A stretch of DNA of 64,000 nucleotides from Candidatus Bathyarchaeota archaeon (GCA_963815095.1 CAWFFH010000003.1:384001-448000), one strand, 5' to 3'; positions 46,876 through 57,975 are shown, counted from the first letter of the stretch. Notes: generated by a model from the sequence alone, not told the origin. Translations and numbers: made by a program.

Positions 46876-47430
46876 ATGCAACCCACATTGAAAATTAAAG
46901 TTGAAGGTGACCGAAAGGTTTGGTTTTCCATGTGGTTTTTGGGAGCAATTGTCACTTTCGGCATCGCGTTTTTCCCTATGTTTTACCGTCTAGTTGAAGG
47001 CAGGAACAGGCATTCTCGCAACGAAGTAGAGTTTGAAGAGCAAATTGCAGCTTACTTACACAATCATGGGAAGGAACCGCCAACAAAAACTGAACAGTTC
47101 AAAATGATGAATTCGAAATTGTGGGCAGCCAGCATAATTCTAATTGTGCCAGTTTTCGTTATAGCGTATTTGTTGTCCAAAGATTTGGCGGTTCATGAAC
47201 GCAACCAAGATGCCTTCCTCGCCGCGGCTCTACCAGAACGAATTTTCATGCCCCAGACGATACCAATAAAAACTTATGCAATAATAACCATAGTGACATT
47301 GGGCGTTGGTGGAGTATACTGGCTCTATAAAGTCGTCAACCTGTATAACGCCCACTTTAAGGCACACTTACAAATACAAAAAGAAATGATTAGGCTGATG
47401 GAGGAAGAAACCGTTGTCAAGCAACTGTAA
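46876..47430 (+). CDS. DUF4234-like membrane protein
   Basis: Internally repeated IVT.G....W/F.Y helices; overlaps cobD. Start ATG 46876 chosen; ORF open to 46828. Confidence 0.55.
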   Translation: MQPTLKIKVEGDRKVWFSMWFLGAIVTFGIAFFPMFYRLVEGRNRHSRNEVEFEEQIAAYLHNHGKEPPTKTEQFKMMNSKLWAASIILIVPVFVIAYLLSKDLAVHERNQDAFLAAALPERIFMPQTIPIKTYAIITIVTLGVGGVYWLYKVVNLYNAHFKAHLQIQKEMIRLMEEETVVKQL

Positions 47431-48532
47431 AAAACGCAGATTCGTAAGCCACGGTGGAGACATTTGGGGGTTTAGCAGAAAATACAACCTTCCCCTCGAA
47501 GATGTGCTTGAATTTAGCGGACCTATAAACTTCCTTGGTCCGTCGCCAAAAGCTGTGGAAGCAGTAAAGCAAAACGCAAAGCTCATTCGTTATTATCCTG
47601 ACCCCAACCCAGTCGAGTTCAAAGAGCAAATCGCCAAGTATGTGGGCAACGGGGTGGAAGAGGAAAACATCCTTTTAGGCAACGGCTCAATTGAACTCAT
47701 CTACATGATTACAGAGATTTTGCCCAAAGGCTTCAAAGCACTGATTCCCATACCCTCATTTTCAGAGTATGAAAAAGCAACTCTGCGTGTCGGTGGCGAG
47801 CCAATTTTTGTGCAGCAACCCGAAAACTTTGCATTAGAAACAGAAAAAATCAAAAAAGCTGTAACCGACGACACAAAAATCATATGCATCTGCAACCCGC
47901 ACAGTCCCTCAGGAACCCTCTACCACAAAGAAGAGCTCTTAGACCTCGTGGAGTTCTGTAACAAAAAAGACATCATCTTTAGCGTAGACGAGAACTACAT
48001 TGAGTTTGCCAATGAGAGCTTAAACAATACGTTGGCGGGGTTTGTGAAGGATTATGAGAACCTCTTTGTTATTCGCTCTGTCACAAAATTCTATGGCATG
48101 GCAGGCATACGCTTCGGCTACGCAATCGCAGCTGGAAACCTCATCGACAAGCTTGAAACAATGCGGCAACCATGGAGCATCAACGGTTTAGCAGATTCAG
48201 TTACGCTTGCAGCCTTCAACGACACCGAATTCATAGAGAATACCAAGCAAATCATCGCCAAAGAACGAACCGCTCTTGCCAAGAGCCTAAGCCAAATCGA
48301 AGGTTTGCATGTTTACCCATCCGTAACCAACTTTCTGCTCGTAAAAATCAACAACCCTAAACTTACTTCCACCATGCTAAAAGAACTATTAGCAAAAGAA
48401 CGCATACTAATCCGTGACTGCTGCACATTCATGGGCTTAGACGACCATTACTTCCGAGTCACCGTCCGCTCAGCCAAAGACAACCAGAAACTAACAGAAA
48501 CAATAAAGCAAATACTAAACAAAATTAACTAA
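47414..48532 (+). CDS. cobD: L-threonine-O-3-phosphate decarboxylase CobD (class I/II PLP enzyme)
   Basis: N-terminal HGG, YPDP, GNGS.ELI, CNP..P.G, DE.Y and RSVTKFYGMAGIRFGY motifs. HGG and cob context favour CobD over HisC. Confidence 0.72.
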   Translation: MSSNCKKRRFVSHGGDIWGFSRKYNLPLEDVLEFSGPINFLGPSPKAVEAVKQNAKLIRYYPDPNPVEFKEQIAKYVGNGVEEENILLGNGSIELIYMITEILPKGFKALIPIPSFSEYEKATLRVGGEPIFVQQPENFALETEKIKKAVTDDTKIICICNPHSPSGTLYHKEELLDLVEFCNKKDIIFSVDENYIEFANESLNNTLAGFVKDYENLFVIRSVTKFYGMAGIRFGYAIAAGNLIDKLETMRQPWSINGLADSVTLAAFNDTEFIENTKQIIAKERTALAKSLSQIEGLHVYPSVTNFLLVKINNPKLTSTMLKELLAKERILIRDCCTFMGLDDHYFRVTVRSAKDNQKLTETIKQILNKIN

Positions 48533-48777
48533 GAAAATAGTTTCAACAAGAATTTTGGCACACATATTCTATTAGAGGTTCTATGTCGAAACTTTAGTGA
48601 GCATGTCTGTTTTGGCAATTTTTTGAGTTATTACCAGTTAATAGTTTGCTTTGATTGCTTATACCAGAAAACAGCAGAACCACTGGCAACTCTTCAGCCG
48701 GCATCTTGTTCCGTTAAAGCTATAAACTGCGCAAATAATCAAAAGCAACAACAAACGTCTACCTCAGAGGCAAAACC

Positions 48778-50205
48778 GTGCCCGCCAAACCCAAAAACAA
48801 GAATTCCAAACTCAAAACTGAAAACAACATCATCCTACTCATGACTACCGCTCCGCCCGAAAACGGCGCATGGTACTTGGGCAAACGGTTGCCACCCATT
48901 GGTTTGATGTATGTTGCATCGTCACTCGAAAAAGCAGGCTTCCAAGTTCAGATGCTCGACAACTACCTCATGAAAAAATCAACTGAAGAAGTTAAAGAGT
49001 TAATCACAAAAATCAACCCAGAAATTGTGGGGATAACTTGTGGCTCAGCAACTTACCCACGTTGCATAGAAACTGCGAAAGCCATCAAACAGGTAAAGCC
49101 CGACTGCAAGATTATAGTTGGCGGATGGCACGCATCTTACAAACCTGACAGTTTACTGGCTAACCCAGAAATTGACTATGTTGTTATGAGTGAAGGTGAA
49201 AAGGCAATCAGCGAGCTTGCAGCTGCCATCACAAGCGGCAACGAAAACCAAGCCCTAACTATACCCGGCGTCGCGTGCAAACGCAACAGCGAAAACATCA
49301 AAAACCCACCGAAATTGATCGATAACATGGACGAAATCCCTTATCCGGCAAGGCATCTTTTGCCACTTGAACTCTACGACCGAACAATAGAATATTTGGA
49401 TGCTAAACCAGCCGACGTTATGAGTATCTCACGGGGCTGTGTCTTTAACTGTGGCTTCTGCGAAACTCGCAAACTCTGGGGAAACGTCTGTCGAGGCTTT
49501 AGTCCGCAGAGGGTTATAGGCGAAATCCAAGACCTCCAGAAAAGATATGGCACCAAAGGCATCTACTTCATTAACGACAACTTTACGCTTAGAAAAAAAG
49601 AAACCATGGAACTCTGTAACTTAATGATTGAGAACAAGCTGGATTTAGAGTGGGTCTGCGACACACGGGTAGACCTTGTTAGTGATGAGCTATTGGCTTT
49701 GATGAGTAAAGCAGGATGCAAAACCATCTGGTTTGGCGTCGAATCAGCATCACCAAAAATCCTGCAGCATATTGGCAGAAATACAACTCCAGAACAGGTC
49801 GAAAAAGCTTTCAAACTATGCAAGAAATACGGAATAAAAACTGCCTGCTCATTCATGCTTGGCTTACCCGACGAAACATTGGCAGATATGGAAGCGTCCC
49901 TAAAATTCGCAAAGAAACTCAACCCCGACTGGTGCCAATTCAACACATTCATCGCATACCCCGACAGCAGACTCTACAATGAACTGCTAGAAAGTGGCAA
50001 ATACACTAAGTTGGACGAATTTTTGTTGAGCGTTAAAAGTGACCAATATAGTTACGAGGAATTGCAAGCGCTCCAGCGGCGCTTCTTTAAAGAATTCCAC
50101 ATGACGCCCAAACAGATCCTGAAGCGGATTAGACGCGAAGGTGCATTAAACTTCGCCAAACGCAGGCTCACTGGTGGCACAAGAAAGAGCACTGGAGTCG
50201 CCTAA
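48778..50205 (+). CDS. B12-binding radical SAM enzyme (class B methyltransferase-like)
   Basis: PPIGLMYVAS, VGG.H, EGE, SRGCVFNCGFC, DNF and GVES motifs. Confidence 0.88.
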   Translation: MPAKPKNKNSKLKTENNIILLMTTAPPENGAWYLGKRLPPIGLMYVASSLEKAGFQVQMLDNYLMKKSTEEVKELITKINPEIVGITCGSATYPRCIETAKAIKQVKPDCKIIVGGWHASYKPDSLLANPEIDYVVMSEGEKAISELAAAITSGNENQALTIPGVACKRNSENIKNPPKLIDNMDEIPYPARHLLPLELYDRTIEYLDAKPADVMSISRGCVFNCGFCETRKLWGNVCRGFSPQRVIGEIQDLQKRYGTKGIYFINDNFTLRKKETMELCNLMIENKLDLEWVCDTRVDLVSDELLALMSKAGCKTIWFGVESASPKILQHIGRNTTPEQVEKAFKLCKKYGIKTACSFMLGLPDETLADMEASLKFAKKLNPDWCQFNTFIAYPDSRLYNELLESGKYTKLDEFLLSVKSDQYSYEELQALQRRFFKEFHMTPKQILKRIRREGALNFAKRRLTGGTRKSTGVA

Positions 50206-50219
50206 AAGGGGAACTTTTT

Positions 50220-51305
50220 TTGCAGAAACGAAGGCTTGGCCGAACAAACCTTCAAGTCTCCATTGTTGGTTTTGGCGGAACATGGATATCCGAGCTAAGC
50301 ACCCATGAAGCGGTAAAGGTTGTCAAGAAAGCCTATGAGTTAGGCATCAACTTTTTTGACACAGCAAAACTAGATGGAGATAGCGAAGAAAAAATCGGGA
50401 CAGCACTGCTGGATGTAAGAGACAAATGTATAATCGCTACCAAGACGGGGTCAAGAACAAAAAAAGAATCACTCGAAGACTTCAAAAGCAGCCTGAAAAA
50501 ACTCAAAACTGACCGATTAGATATTATTCAGCTGCATGGGATAGACACCGATAAAACCCTGACAAAAGCTATGGGTTTAGATGGTTCATTGCAAACCTGC
50601 AAGGAAGCACGGAAACAGGGCTTAGTAGATTTTATCGGCATCACCGGGCACAAGCCGAAGGTTCTAGTTCGGGCAGTTGAGAGCGGCGAGTTTGACACGG
50701 TTCTGGTTCCTCTCAATGTTGTAACACGCCAAGCGTTAGAGGAACTGCTACCAGCCGCGAAAGCGCATGACGTGGGGGTTGTGGTAATGAAACCGCTATC
50801 AGCAAAAACGTCCACATTAATCACATGCCTCTACCAACCTTCTTTGTCGTTGGTTTCAGATGAGCCAGAACTAAAAGTTCTGTTAGGCGAAAACATAGAT
50901 AAGATGGTTAGCAGCGCATTACGATATGTCTTATCTCAGGACATCGCGACGGTTATTCCAGGGTTAAAATCCCTCAGAGAGGTTGAAGTCGCAGCTAAAA
51001 ATGGAGAAAAATACACTGGATTAAGCCAAGAAGAGCAAAAACGGTTTAACTTCAGCCTTGAACCAAATCATTGCAGAGACTGTGGAGAATGTCTCCCGTG
51101 TCCCCAAAACATCAACGTTGCCGCGATTCTACGGTTCCACACACTTTTTCAAGCTTATGGATTGAAGATTTGGGCTAAAAAATTATATAATGCTTTAGAA
51201 GTTAAAGCGCCCAATTGCACGGGGTGTGGTGAATGCGAAGAAAAATGCCCTTACCAATTGCCCATAGTAAGAATGTTGAATAAGGCTATGTTAGATTTCC
51301 AATAG
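50220..51305 (+). CDS. Aldo/keto reductase-fold protein with C-terminal 4Fe-4S dicluster
   Basis: RRLGRT, FDTA, IATK, QLH and MKPL motifs; CRDCGEC.PCP and CTGCGECEEKCP. Confidence 0.85.
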   Translation: MQKRRLGRTNLQVSIVGFGGTWISELSTHEAVKVVKKAYELGINFFDTAKLDGDSEEKIGTALLDVRDKCIIATKTGSRTKKESLEDFKSSLKKLKTDRLDIIQLHGIDTDKTLTKAMGLDGSLQTCKEARKQGLVDFIGITGHKPKVLVRAVESGEFDTVLVPLNVVTRQALEELLPAAKAHDVGVVVMKPLSAKTSTLITCLYQPSLSLVSDEPELKVLLGENIDKMVSSALRYVLSQDIATVIPGLKSLREVEVAAKNGEKYTGLSQEEQKRFNFSLEPNHCRDCGECLPCPQNINVAAILRFHTLFQAYGLKIWAKKLYNALEVKAPNCTGCGECEEKCPYQLPIVRMLNKAMLDFQ

Positions 51306-51318
51306 ATTGCTTTAACTA

Positions 51319-52131
51319 TTATTTTTTGGCTATCCAATAGCTCATTTCTGGGCTGCAAAGAAGCCTGTAAATGGGAAACAACGGATTTGGGATCCAGGTG
51401 GCATGCTGATAGTAATCGGTTCGTTTTGAAAATTCATAGCCTTCTTCTTTGAAAACTTGAGCTATGGCTTGGTGATTTAGTGCGTGTTCTTTTTTGTGCC
51501 AGTAATCTGATAGGGTGTAGTCGATTGTGGGAACTTTTAGGCCTATAAGTTGGAAGTATAAGCTGTTGATAACGGGGTTAGAGTGAAAGTAAATGTCTTT
51601 TATTAGGCTGGCGAGGTTGCTGGGCTCGTTTTTCCAGTATGAAGGAGATGCTTCATGATCGATATACATTACGCCGCCTTTCTTTAGGAACCCAGAGACG
51701 TTGTGGAGGGCGTTGACGTAGTCAGGCAGGTGATGCAGAACAGAATAAAAGGTTATAAGGTCAAATTTGCCCTCGCCAAAATTTAGTTCTTCTATTGGCG
51801 AGTTAATAATAGTTAATTTGTCGGAAAAATAGGTAGAATATTTTTTTTTGAGAGTCTGGCACATGTCGGGCGAAATATCTGTTGCTGTCACTCTGTAACC
51901 CATCTGCAAGAGTTTACCCGTTAGGTTGCCTGTGCCTGCGCCCACATCAAGCGCGTTTCTTTGGTTGTTTGTGATTTGCTGGTCTGTGGTTTTTAGTTTG
52001 GTGGTTATTCTTTTTTGTTCTTGTTTGCTGTAGACTTCTGGGTGGAGTTGTTCGTAGTATTTTGCTTCGAAGCGGTGGACTGTGACGTTTGCTTGGTGGA
52101 TTTGTTCTTGGAGGGTTGGTTGTTTTGGCAT
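51319..52131 (-). CDS. Class I SAM-dependent methyltransferase
   Basis: ALDVGAGTG, TDISPDM, FDLI...SVLHHL and LKKGG motifs; probable ATG 52131. Confidence 0.87.
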   Translation of the reverse strand: MPKQPTLQEQIHQANVTVHRFEAKYYEQLHPEVYSKQEQKRITTKLKTTDQQITNNQRNALDVGAGTGNLTGKLLQMGYRVTATDISPDMCQTLKKKYSTYFSDKLTIINSPIEELNFGEGKFDLITFYSVLHHLPDYVNALHNVSGFLKKGGVMYIDHEASPSYWKNEPSNLASLIKDIYFHSNPVINSLYFQLIGLKVPTIDYTLSDYWHKKEHALNHQAIAQVFKEEGYEFSKRTDYYQHATWIPNPLFPIYRLLCSPEMSYWIAKK

Positions 52132-52266
52132 TTGGTTTTTTGCGCCTCCGGAGCAAAGGCTGAATGGCAATAAGTTGCGTTTTCGAATTAATATAGTTTG
52201 AAAATTAAAGTTTTAAGATTTTAAAAAGAAAATAAAGGAGGGAAAATTGTTTTCCCGTTGTATGGT

Positions 52267-55008
52267 TTATGGTCGTTTTCTGAGCATCAATAGAGCCAGA
52301 ACAATAGCTACTACAATGATTAGAACGAATAGACCAGCTATTGCGGGAACAAAGTACAAATCAGCTGAAGAGGACACTTGTGATGGTGCTGGTGTTGGTG
52401 TTGCTGCAGCTTCCATTACGTTGAATGCTGTTGTTGCGGTAGCTGGATAATAACCATTGGTTCCAGAGAAGGTTGCGACCACTTGATATGAACCTGCAAT
52501 GTCTGGTGTCCAAACCAAGTTGTATTGACCTGTTGCATCAGTTGTTGCTGTGCCAATGCTTCGATAGTTCCCGTTTGAGTCAAGAACGCTAATGTCGACG
52601 TCGACGCCTAAGAAGTTGGTTGGCAACGGTTTCTGCTGGTATAGGTACCCCATCCATTCACCCATGATCATGTCATTTGCGAGTGGAACACCGTTTGCGA
52701 AGCGTGATGCTAGCTGATCTTGCGTTGTGCCTGATGAAATGTCAGTGAGTGCACCTTTGATTACAACTGGTTGGCATGGTGCTGCGCCTAGATCTGGGGC
52801 TGAAACTGTCAAAGATGTGGGTCCTCTGCCCAGGGTGTAGATTTGGTTGTCAATGCCGTTGAAGAAGTTTGTGTATCCATCTGCTATTGCATAACTTACT
52901 GCGCCAAACTCGCCTGTATAGTCGTCTATGGTCCAGAGTTCAGCTCCGTTAGATGCATTGATGGCGCGGGTGAACGAGCCTTTGAAGATGGGTGTTTCGA
53001 TTGTATGTTCTGTAACAGCGATGTATAGTATTCCGTCGTCTAATCCATGACCGCCGACAGCTTGTATGAATCCAGGGTAATATCCTGGGGCTTGGTAACC
53101 ACTGTCGGTGTTATTTCCAGCAACATCGCCGTTGCCGTATGTCCAGTCAAGATTACCAGTTTTCAAATCGTAACAGTAGAGTATTCCACCGTATGCATAG
53201 CTGTATAGTTTACCAAATGCAAGTTGGCTGGCGATGTATGGGTAAATTGGGTTGCCAAAGTAGTCGAGTGCAGTTTGTGATGGCGAAGGACCCCATGCTG
53301 TTGAACCATCTGCTACATTATATGCGATAAAGTTTCGTGTTTCCTTGATTCCTTCAGCGAAGACTCCCACAGTTGGATCTAATCCACCATAGGTGATGCT
53401 TCTGTCCATTGGTACGCTAATTGTTCTCCACCATAAGGCTTGACCGAATGTTGCTGAATTCGGGTTTATGTCGACTTTGAAGTATGTGTAGTTTGCGTTA
53501 ACTAAAGAGCCGTCAGCGTTTGTTTGTCCAGTTAATGATGGATAAGACCCGTTTCTGCAAATCATGTAGTCACCATAAATAGCATTAAGAACAGTTGGAG
53601 TTCCAGACATAGTATTGCGCCAAGACCCTATAGTAACGTTCCAGCTGAAACGATTATCTCGGACATTGCTTGAATCAAATATGCTTCCATTGACTACTGA
53701 AGTTGATGTTGCGCTAGGGGGAGTTGATATAGTGCCACCAGTTGCATTATAGAGACTTGGTGAATTGCCTGAGTCACCTGGACGGAAGAAAGTCCCTTGC
53801 CAAAGTAGTGTTGAGTTCCATAAAGCCAAATTCCAGTCTGGATCTGCAGTAGTACCAAGGTTCTTCAAGACATATCTTAATTGTTCTCCGTTTGGACCCT
53901 GTACAATTGTTCCTGAAGGAACACCAGTAACATTGAACAGTGCATCGCCAGTATCTGCATCAAAGACTTGCGCAAAATTGTTAGTGCATAGAAGTGCCGG
54001 GTAAACACCATGTTGGTTACCGTTTTGGAGGTCCCAAATCATTGCAAAGTTTATAACTGGTACATCAGCACGCTGCCAGATGACTTGCCCTGTTCGCAGG
54101 TCAACGCATGTGGTTGGTCCAGCATTGGAACCTCTGAATGATAAGGGCGGATTATAATAGAGATGACCGTTGACAATGATTGGGTTTGTGTATCGTTGGC
54201 TGTAAGCAGAACCTTCAAAGTATGTATCGCCTTGAATTTCAAAGTTATTGCCGCCCACAACTCCTCCGGATTGGATTGGTTTTGTCCACATTACGTGGCT
54301 TGTAAGAGAACCAACTGCGTCACCTGGAAATCTCTGGACAAGTGAAGACATGCCAATGCCTGTAATGGTGCCAGCGCTAACAGCTGAGTTAACTGGTGAA
54401 CCTGTGCCTAGCCAATTAGAAGAAATTTTCCACCAATATGGGTTCTCCCCATAGATTGGGCGTGTCCAGTATTCAGTTGGAAGGGGATAGCTGTCAGGGT
54501 AAGTAGATATTGGGTCTTGTTGGACAACAAGTGTGGTGGTTGCAGTGCTTGGTAGATAAATGTCACCGAGATTTGTTGAATTTACTGGTTGGTCAACTCC
54601 TCCGACTGCCAGTGTTTGTCCACCGTAGACGAAGGTGATATTGTATGTGCCAACTTCCTCAGGGGTAAATTGAATTGTTTGGGCACCAGTGGTATCAAAG
54701 ATAGTATCATAATGCTTAACATCAGTTATGCCAGTAGGTGAAACGAAAGTAACCGTGTAATTATGGAACCGGTAAGTGTTTATTGCGGTTGAACCTGGTG
54801 GAGGTGCATTTCCAAGAAATGCGTACACTACTACTGTTTGACCTACTCCTGCAGTATGAGGCATTGCTTCTACAAGAGCATAAGTTGTAATTTGGTACGG
54901 TGGTGTATGTGCAGTGGTAGACGGTATCAGTAGAATTGATGCTCCAATCGATATTATTAAGATAAGTGCGATCGAAATAGCTGCTGTTTTATTTTTAGCA
55001 AATTGCAT
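52267..55008 (-). CDS. Large secreted, C-terminally anchored PQQ-like beta-propeller protein (paralog A)
   Basis: Signal peptide; YPLPTEYWTRPIYGEN; DL.TG...W propeller repeats; C-terminal P/T linker, TM helix and RKRP; GGAG Shine-Dalgarno before ATG 55008. Confidence 0.75.
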   Translation of the reverse strand: MQFAKNKTAAISIALILIISIGASILLIPSTTAHTPPYQITTYALVEAMPHTAGVGQTVVVYAFLGNAPPPGSTAINTYRFHNYTVTFVSPTGITDVKHYDTIFDTTGAQTIQFTPEEVGTYNITFVYGGQTLAVGGVDQPVNSTNLGDIYLPSTATTTLVVQQDPISTYPDSYPLPTEYWTRPIYGENPYWWKISSNWLGTGSPVNSAVSAGTITGIGMSSLVQRFPGDAVGSLTSHVMWTKPIQSGGVVGGNNFEIQGDTYFEGSAYSQRYTNPIIVNGHLYYNPPLSFRGSNAGPTTCVDLRTGQVIWQRADVPVINFAMIWDLQNGNQHGVYPALLCTNNFAQVFDADTGDALFNVTGVPSGTIVQGPNGEQLRYVLKNLGTTADPDWNLALWNSTLLWQGTFFRPGDSGNSPSLYNATGGTISTPPSATSTSVVNGSIFDSSNVRDNRFSWNVTIGSWRNTMSGTPTVLNAIYGDYMICRNGSYPSLTGQTNADGSLVNANYTYFKVDINPNSATFGQALWWRTISVPMDRSITYGGLDPTVGVFAEGIKETRNFIAYNVADGSTAWGPSPSQTALDYFGNPIYPYIASQLAFGKLYSYAYGGILYCYDLKTGNLDWTYGNGDVAGNNTDSGYQAPGYYPGFIQAVGGHGLDDGILYIAVTEHTIETPIFKGSFTRAINASNGAELWTIDDYTGEFGAVSYAIADGYTNFFNGIDNQIYTLGRGPTSLTVSAPDLGAAPCQPVVIKGALTDISSGTTQDQLASRFANGVPLANDMIMGEWMGYLYQQKPLPTNFLGVDVDISVLDSNGNYRSIGTATTDATGQYNLVWTPDIAGSYQVVATFSGTNGYYPATATTAFNVMEAAATPTPAPSQVSSSADLYFVPAIAGLFVLIIVVAIVLALLMLRKRP

Positions 55009-55025
55009 TTTTTTCTTTTCTCCTT
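55006..55025 (-). repeat. 20-nt leader identical to 57951-57970
   Basis: AAGGAGAAAAGAAAAAAATG precedes and includes the start codon of both paralogs. Confidence 0.8.
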
Positions 55026-55229
55026 TTAAGTTTATAGTCAATAAAATGGCTAATTTGCTAATAAAGTTATTCCCAATCCACAATATACCCTCAAATCAAA
55101 ACAAAAAAAGACATTATCTACATTATATTTAAAAATAAATAAATATATAGTGTAAATATTGATAAATAGTGTGGAAATATTTAATCAAAAACAAAAAAAA
55201 TTAGGGATAGAATAAGGCTATTTAGCCGA

Positions 55230-57953
55230 TTAGGGTCGTCGTCTTAGCATCATCATAAGTATGACGCCAATTATGACAATCACTATTATGATTGCTATTG
55301 CTGAGGACAGAATGTATGTGTCAGTCATTGTTGCCGGTGGTACTGGCGAGGGACTTGCAGTTGGGTGTTCTACGGCAACGTTCATGGATGTTACAGCGTT
55401 AGATGACCAGTAACCGTTCGTTCCTGCAAAGGATGCATAGACAGTGTAGTCACCCGCAATGTTTGGGGGGGTCCAAGTGTAGTGGTATAAGCCGTTTGCG
55501 TTCGTTGTTGCGTCGCCTATGTGGACAGTGTTGCCGTTTGGATCGACAGCATCAATTGATACTGGGACACCAACGAAATCAGTTGGGAATGGTTTCTGCT
55601 GATAGACGTATCCCATCCAATTTGCCATGCTAGCGTCGGATGATACTGGTACGCCATTGGGGAAATTGGCTGCCTGCTGGGTCTGTGTGGTGCCTGCCGC
55701 AATGTCCGTCACGGTACCTTGAATCACAACGCCGGTGCCTGCTTCTATAGCTGTTTGAGGCGCCTGTACAGTGACTTGACTTGGGCCTCTACCTACAACG
55801 TAAATTTGGTTGCTATAACCGTTGAACCATGTTGAGTAGCCATCAGCCATAGCATAACTCATAGCAAAGAATTCGCCTACGTAGGAGTTGAGTGTCCAGA
55901 TTTCTGTTCCATCTGTTGCATTGATTGCTCGGCTTAAAGCGCCCTTGAAAATTGGTGTTGTAACTGTGTGTTCTGTTGTGACTGTATAAAGAACTCCGTT
56001 ACCAACCGCATTTATGAATGTTGGATAAACGCCGTAAGCATTTGAGAAGCCCGCTTTAGTGCTATTGCCTACTCCACCGTTTCCGTAAGTCCATAGAAGG
56101 TTACCGGTTTTTAGGTCATAGGTGTAGAGTATGCCACCGAATTGGACGCTGTACAGTTTGCCATTGTCTGTGACGCCATTAATGTACGGTAAGGCTGGGT
56201 TTCCATAGTAGTCAAAAGCAGTTTGAGAAGGTGTGGGACCCCAGATTTTTGCACCAGTATCTAAGTTGTATCCGACCCACTGCATTGTTTCCTTGTATGC
56301 TTCGGTGAATACGCGTGATTGGAAGTCCACTGGTCCGTCTATTATAGTGATGTTTTGTGATGTTGCTGGAACCGTGTTCCACCATAATACTTGACCCACT
56401 GTGCCTCTTGATGCGTTAAGATTTACAGCAAAATATGTGTATGGAGCTGAGCTTGTTGTACCGAATTGACTTGTCGCTAGTCCCGGCATTGTGCCGTTTT
56501 CGCAGAGTAGTATATCACCGTAGTTAGCTGCAACGACTGAGAAACCTGCACTTGGAGGTCCTCCAAATGGCGAGGGTATCGTTGGTATAGTACTGGCCCA
56601 AGATGCTGAAACGTTGTAGTCATAGCGGGTTGCGGCACCTCCATCTACTGTACCACTGATTGTTGGGCTTAATGCTGCTCCTCCTGAATCGACGAAACCG
56701 GATCCTGACCAGAGGTTACTTGAGTTCCATTGAAGTAAACGCCAATTTGGTGCACTGGGTGTTCCTGCATTTGTTATTACGTATCTTAATTGTTCGCCCC
56801 ATGGACCCATAACTGGGCCAGAGACTGCTGCTCCTGCTGGTGAACCGCCACCGAATAGTCCTCCTCCTGAAGGTACATTAGTGACGTTGAAGATGGGGTC
56901 GCCTGAGTCTGCGTCGAAGCATTGTGCGAAATTAGCGGTTGCTAGGATTGCTGGGTAAACTCCGTGCTGGTTAGGGTCTTGAACGTCCCAGATTAAAGCA
57001 AAAGATAATGCGGGTACATCATTGCGTGACCAAAGCATTTGTCCAGTTTGAAGGTCGACACAGTCAGTTGGTCCGTAAGTTTTGACTGCTGAGAAGATAC
57101 CTTCAACTCCTGTAAATGATCTTGGTTCGGTGTAGTAGAGTTTGCCGTTGACTATTATTGGATTTGTGTATCTTTGATTGTATGCTGATCCTTCAAAGTT
57201 TGTGTCTCCTTGAATAGCAAAATTGTTTCCTCCAGCAACTCCTCCAGATTGCAGTGACTTAGTCCACATAATGTGGCCGGTAAGTGGCCCAATTGCGTCG
57301 CCGGGGTTTCGCATAGCCCATGCATTAGTCCAAACTCCGTAGCCTGCTGCACCTGTGCCTAGCCAATTAGATGATATTGACCACCAATTGGTGTTTTCAC
57401 CGTAAATTGGGCGAGTCCAATATTCTGTTGGCAACGGATAGCTGGATATCGATCCGGGAACGGCTTCTTGCTGGACTGTTATTGTGGTAGATGCTTGGCT
57501 TGGTAGATAGGTGTCGTTAACTAATTCTGAAGTGGTCGGATGGCTGTATGTGTTAAATGCTTGTCCAGGGAAGTTAAAGGTGAAAGTGTATACGCCTACT
57601 GCTGTTGGAGTATATGCGTAGAATTGGGACGAAGTGGTATCTTTAACAATGGGAAAATCGTGTTCTTCTGTTGTTCCGTCAGGTTTTGTAATAGTAAGGT
57701 TGTAGTTGTGGAATCTATAGTCATTTGATAATGCTATGGTTGGGTCAAATGTTTTGTCAAGCCACATTATAACGCTCGCTTGCTGACCTACGCCAATAGG
57801 GTTAGGTGCCACATTGATGTAAGCAAATGTTGGAATGTTCCAAGGCGGTGTATGTGCATTTGTTGAGGGAATAAGAATTGTTGAAGCAGTCATAGATACT
57901 ATAAGCAATATAGCGATTGCAATTGCTACAGATCTAGTTTTACCTATGTTCAT
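55230..57953 (-). CDS. Large secreted, C-terminally anchored PQQ-like beta-propeller protein (paralog B)
   Basis: Same conserved blocks as paralog A; ends in TM helix plus RRRP; GGAG Shine-Dalgarno before ATG 57953. Confidence 0.75.
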   Translation of the reverse strand: MNIGKTRSVAIAIAILLIVSMTASTILIPSTNAHTPPWNIPTFAYINVAPNPIGVGQQASVIMWLDKTFDPTIALSNDYRFHNYNLTITKPDGTTEEHDFPIVKDTTSSQFYAYTPTAVGVYTFTFNFPGQAFNTYSHPTTSELVNDTYLPSQASTTITVQQEAVPGSISSYPLPTEYWTRPIYGENTNWWSISSNWLGTGAAGYGVWTNAWAMRNPGDAIGPLTGHIMWTKSLQSGGVAGGNNFAIQGDTNFEGSAYNQRYTNPIIVNGKLYYTEPRSFTGVEGIFSAVKTYGPTDCVDLQTGQMLWSRNDVPALSFALIWDVQDPNQHGVYPAILATANFAQCFDADSGDPIFNVTNVPSGGGLFGGGSPAGAAVSGPVMGPWGEQLRYVITNAGTPSAPNWRLLQWNSSNLWSGSGFVDSGGAALSPTISGTVDGGAATRYDYNVSASWASTIPTIPSPFGGPPSAGFSVVAANYGDILLCENGTMPGLATSQFGTTSSAPYTYFAVNLNASRGTVGQVLWWNTVPATSQNITIIDGPVDFQSRVFTEAYKETMQWVGYNLDTGAKIWGPTPSQTAFDYYGNPALPYINGVTDNGKLYSVQFGGILYTYDLKTGNLLWTYGNGGVGNSTKAGFSNAYGVYPTFINAVGNGVLYTVTTEHTVTTPIFKGALSRAINATDGTEIWTLNSYVGEFFAMSYAMADGYSTWFNGYSNQIYVVGRGPSQVTVQAPQTAIEAGTGVVIQGTVTDIAAGTTQTQQAANFPNGVPVSSDASMANWMGYVYQQKPFPTDFVGVPVSIDAVDPNGNTVHIGDATTNANGLYHYTWTPPNIAGDYTVYASFAGTNGYWSSNAVTSMNVAVEHPTASPSPVPPATMTDTYILSSAIAIIIVIVIIGVILMMMLRRRP

Positions 57954-57975
57954 TTTTTTCTTTTCTCCTTCAATT

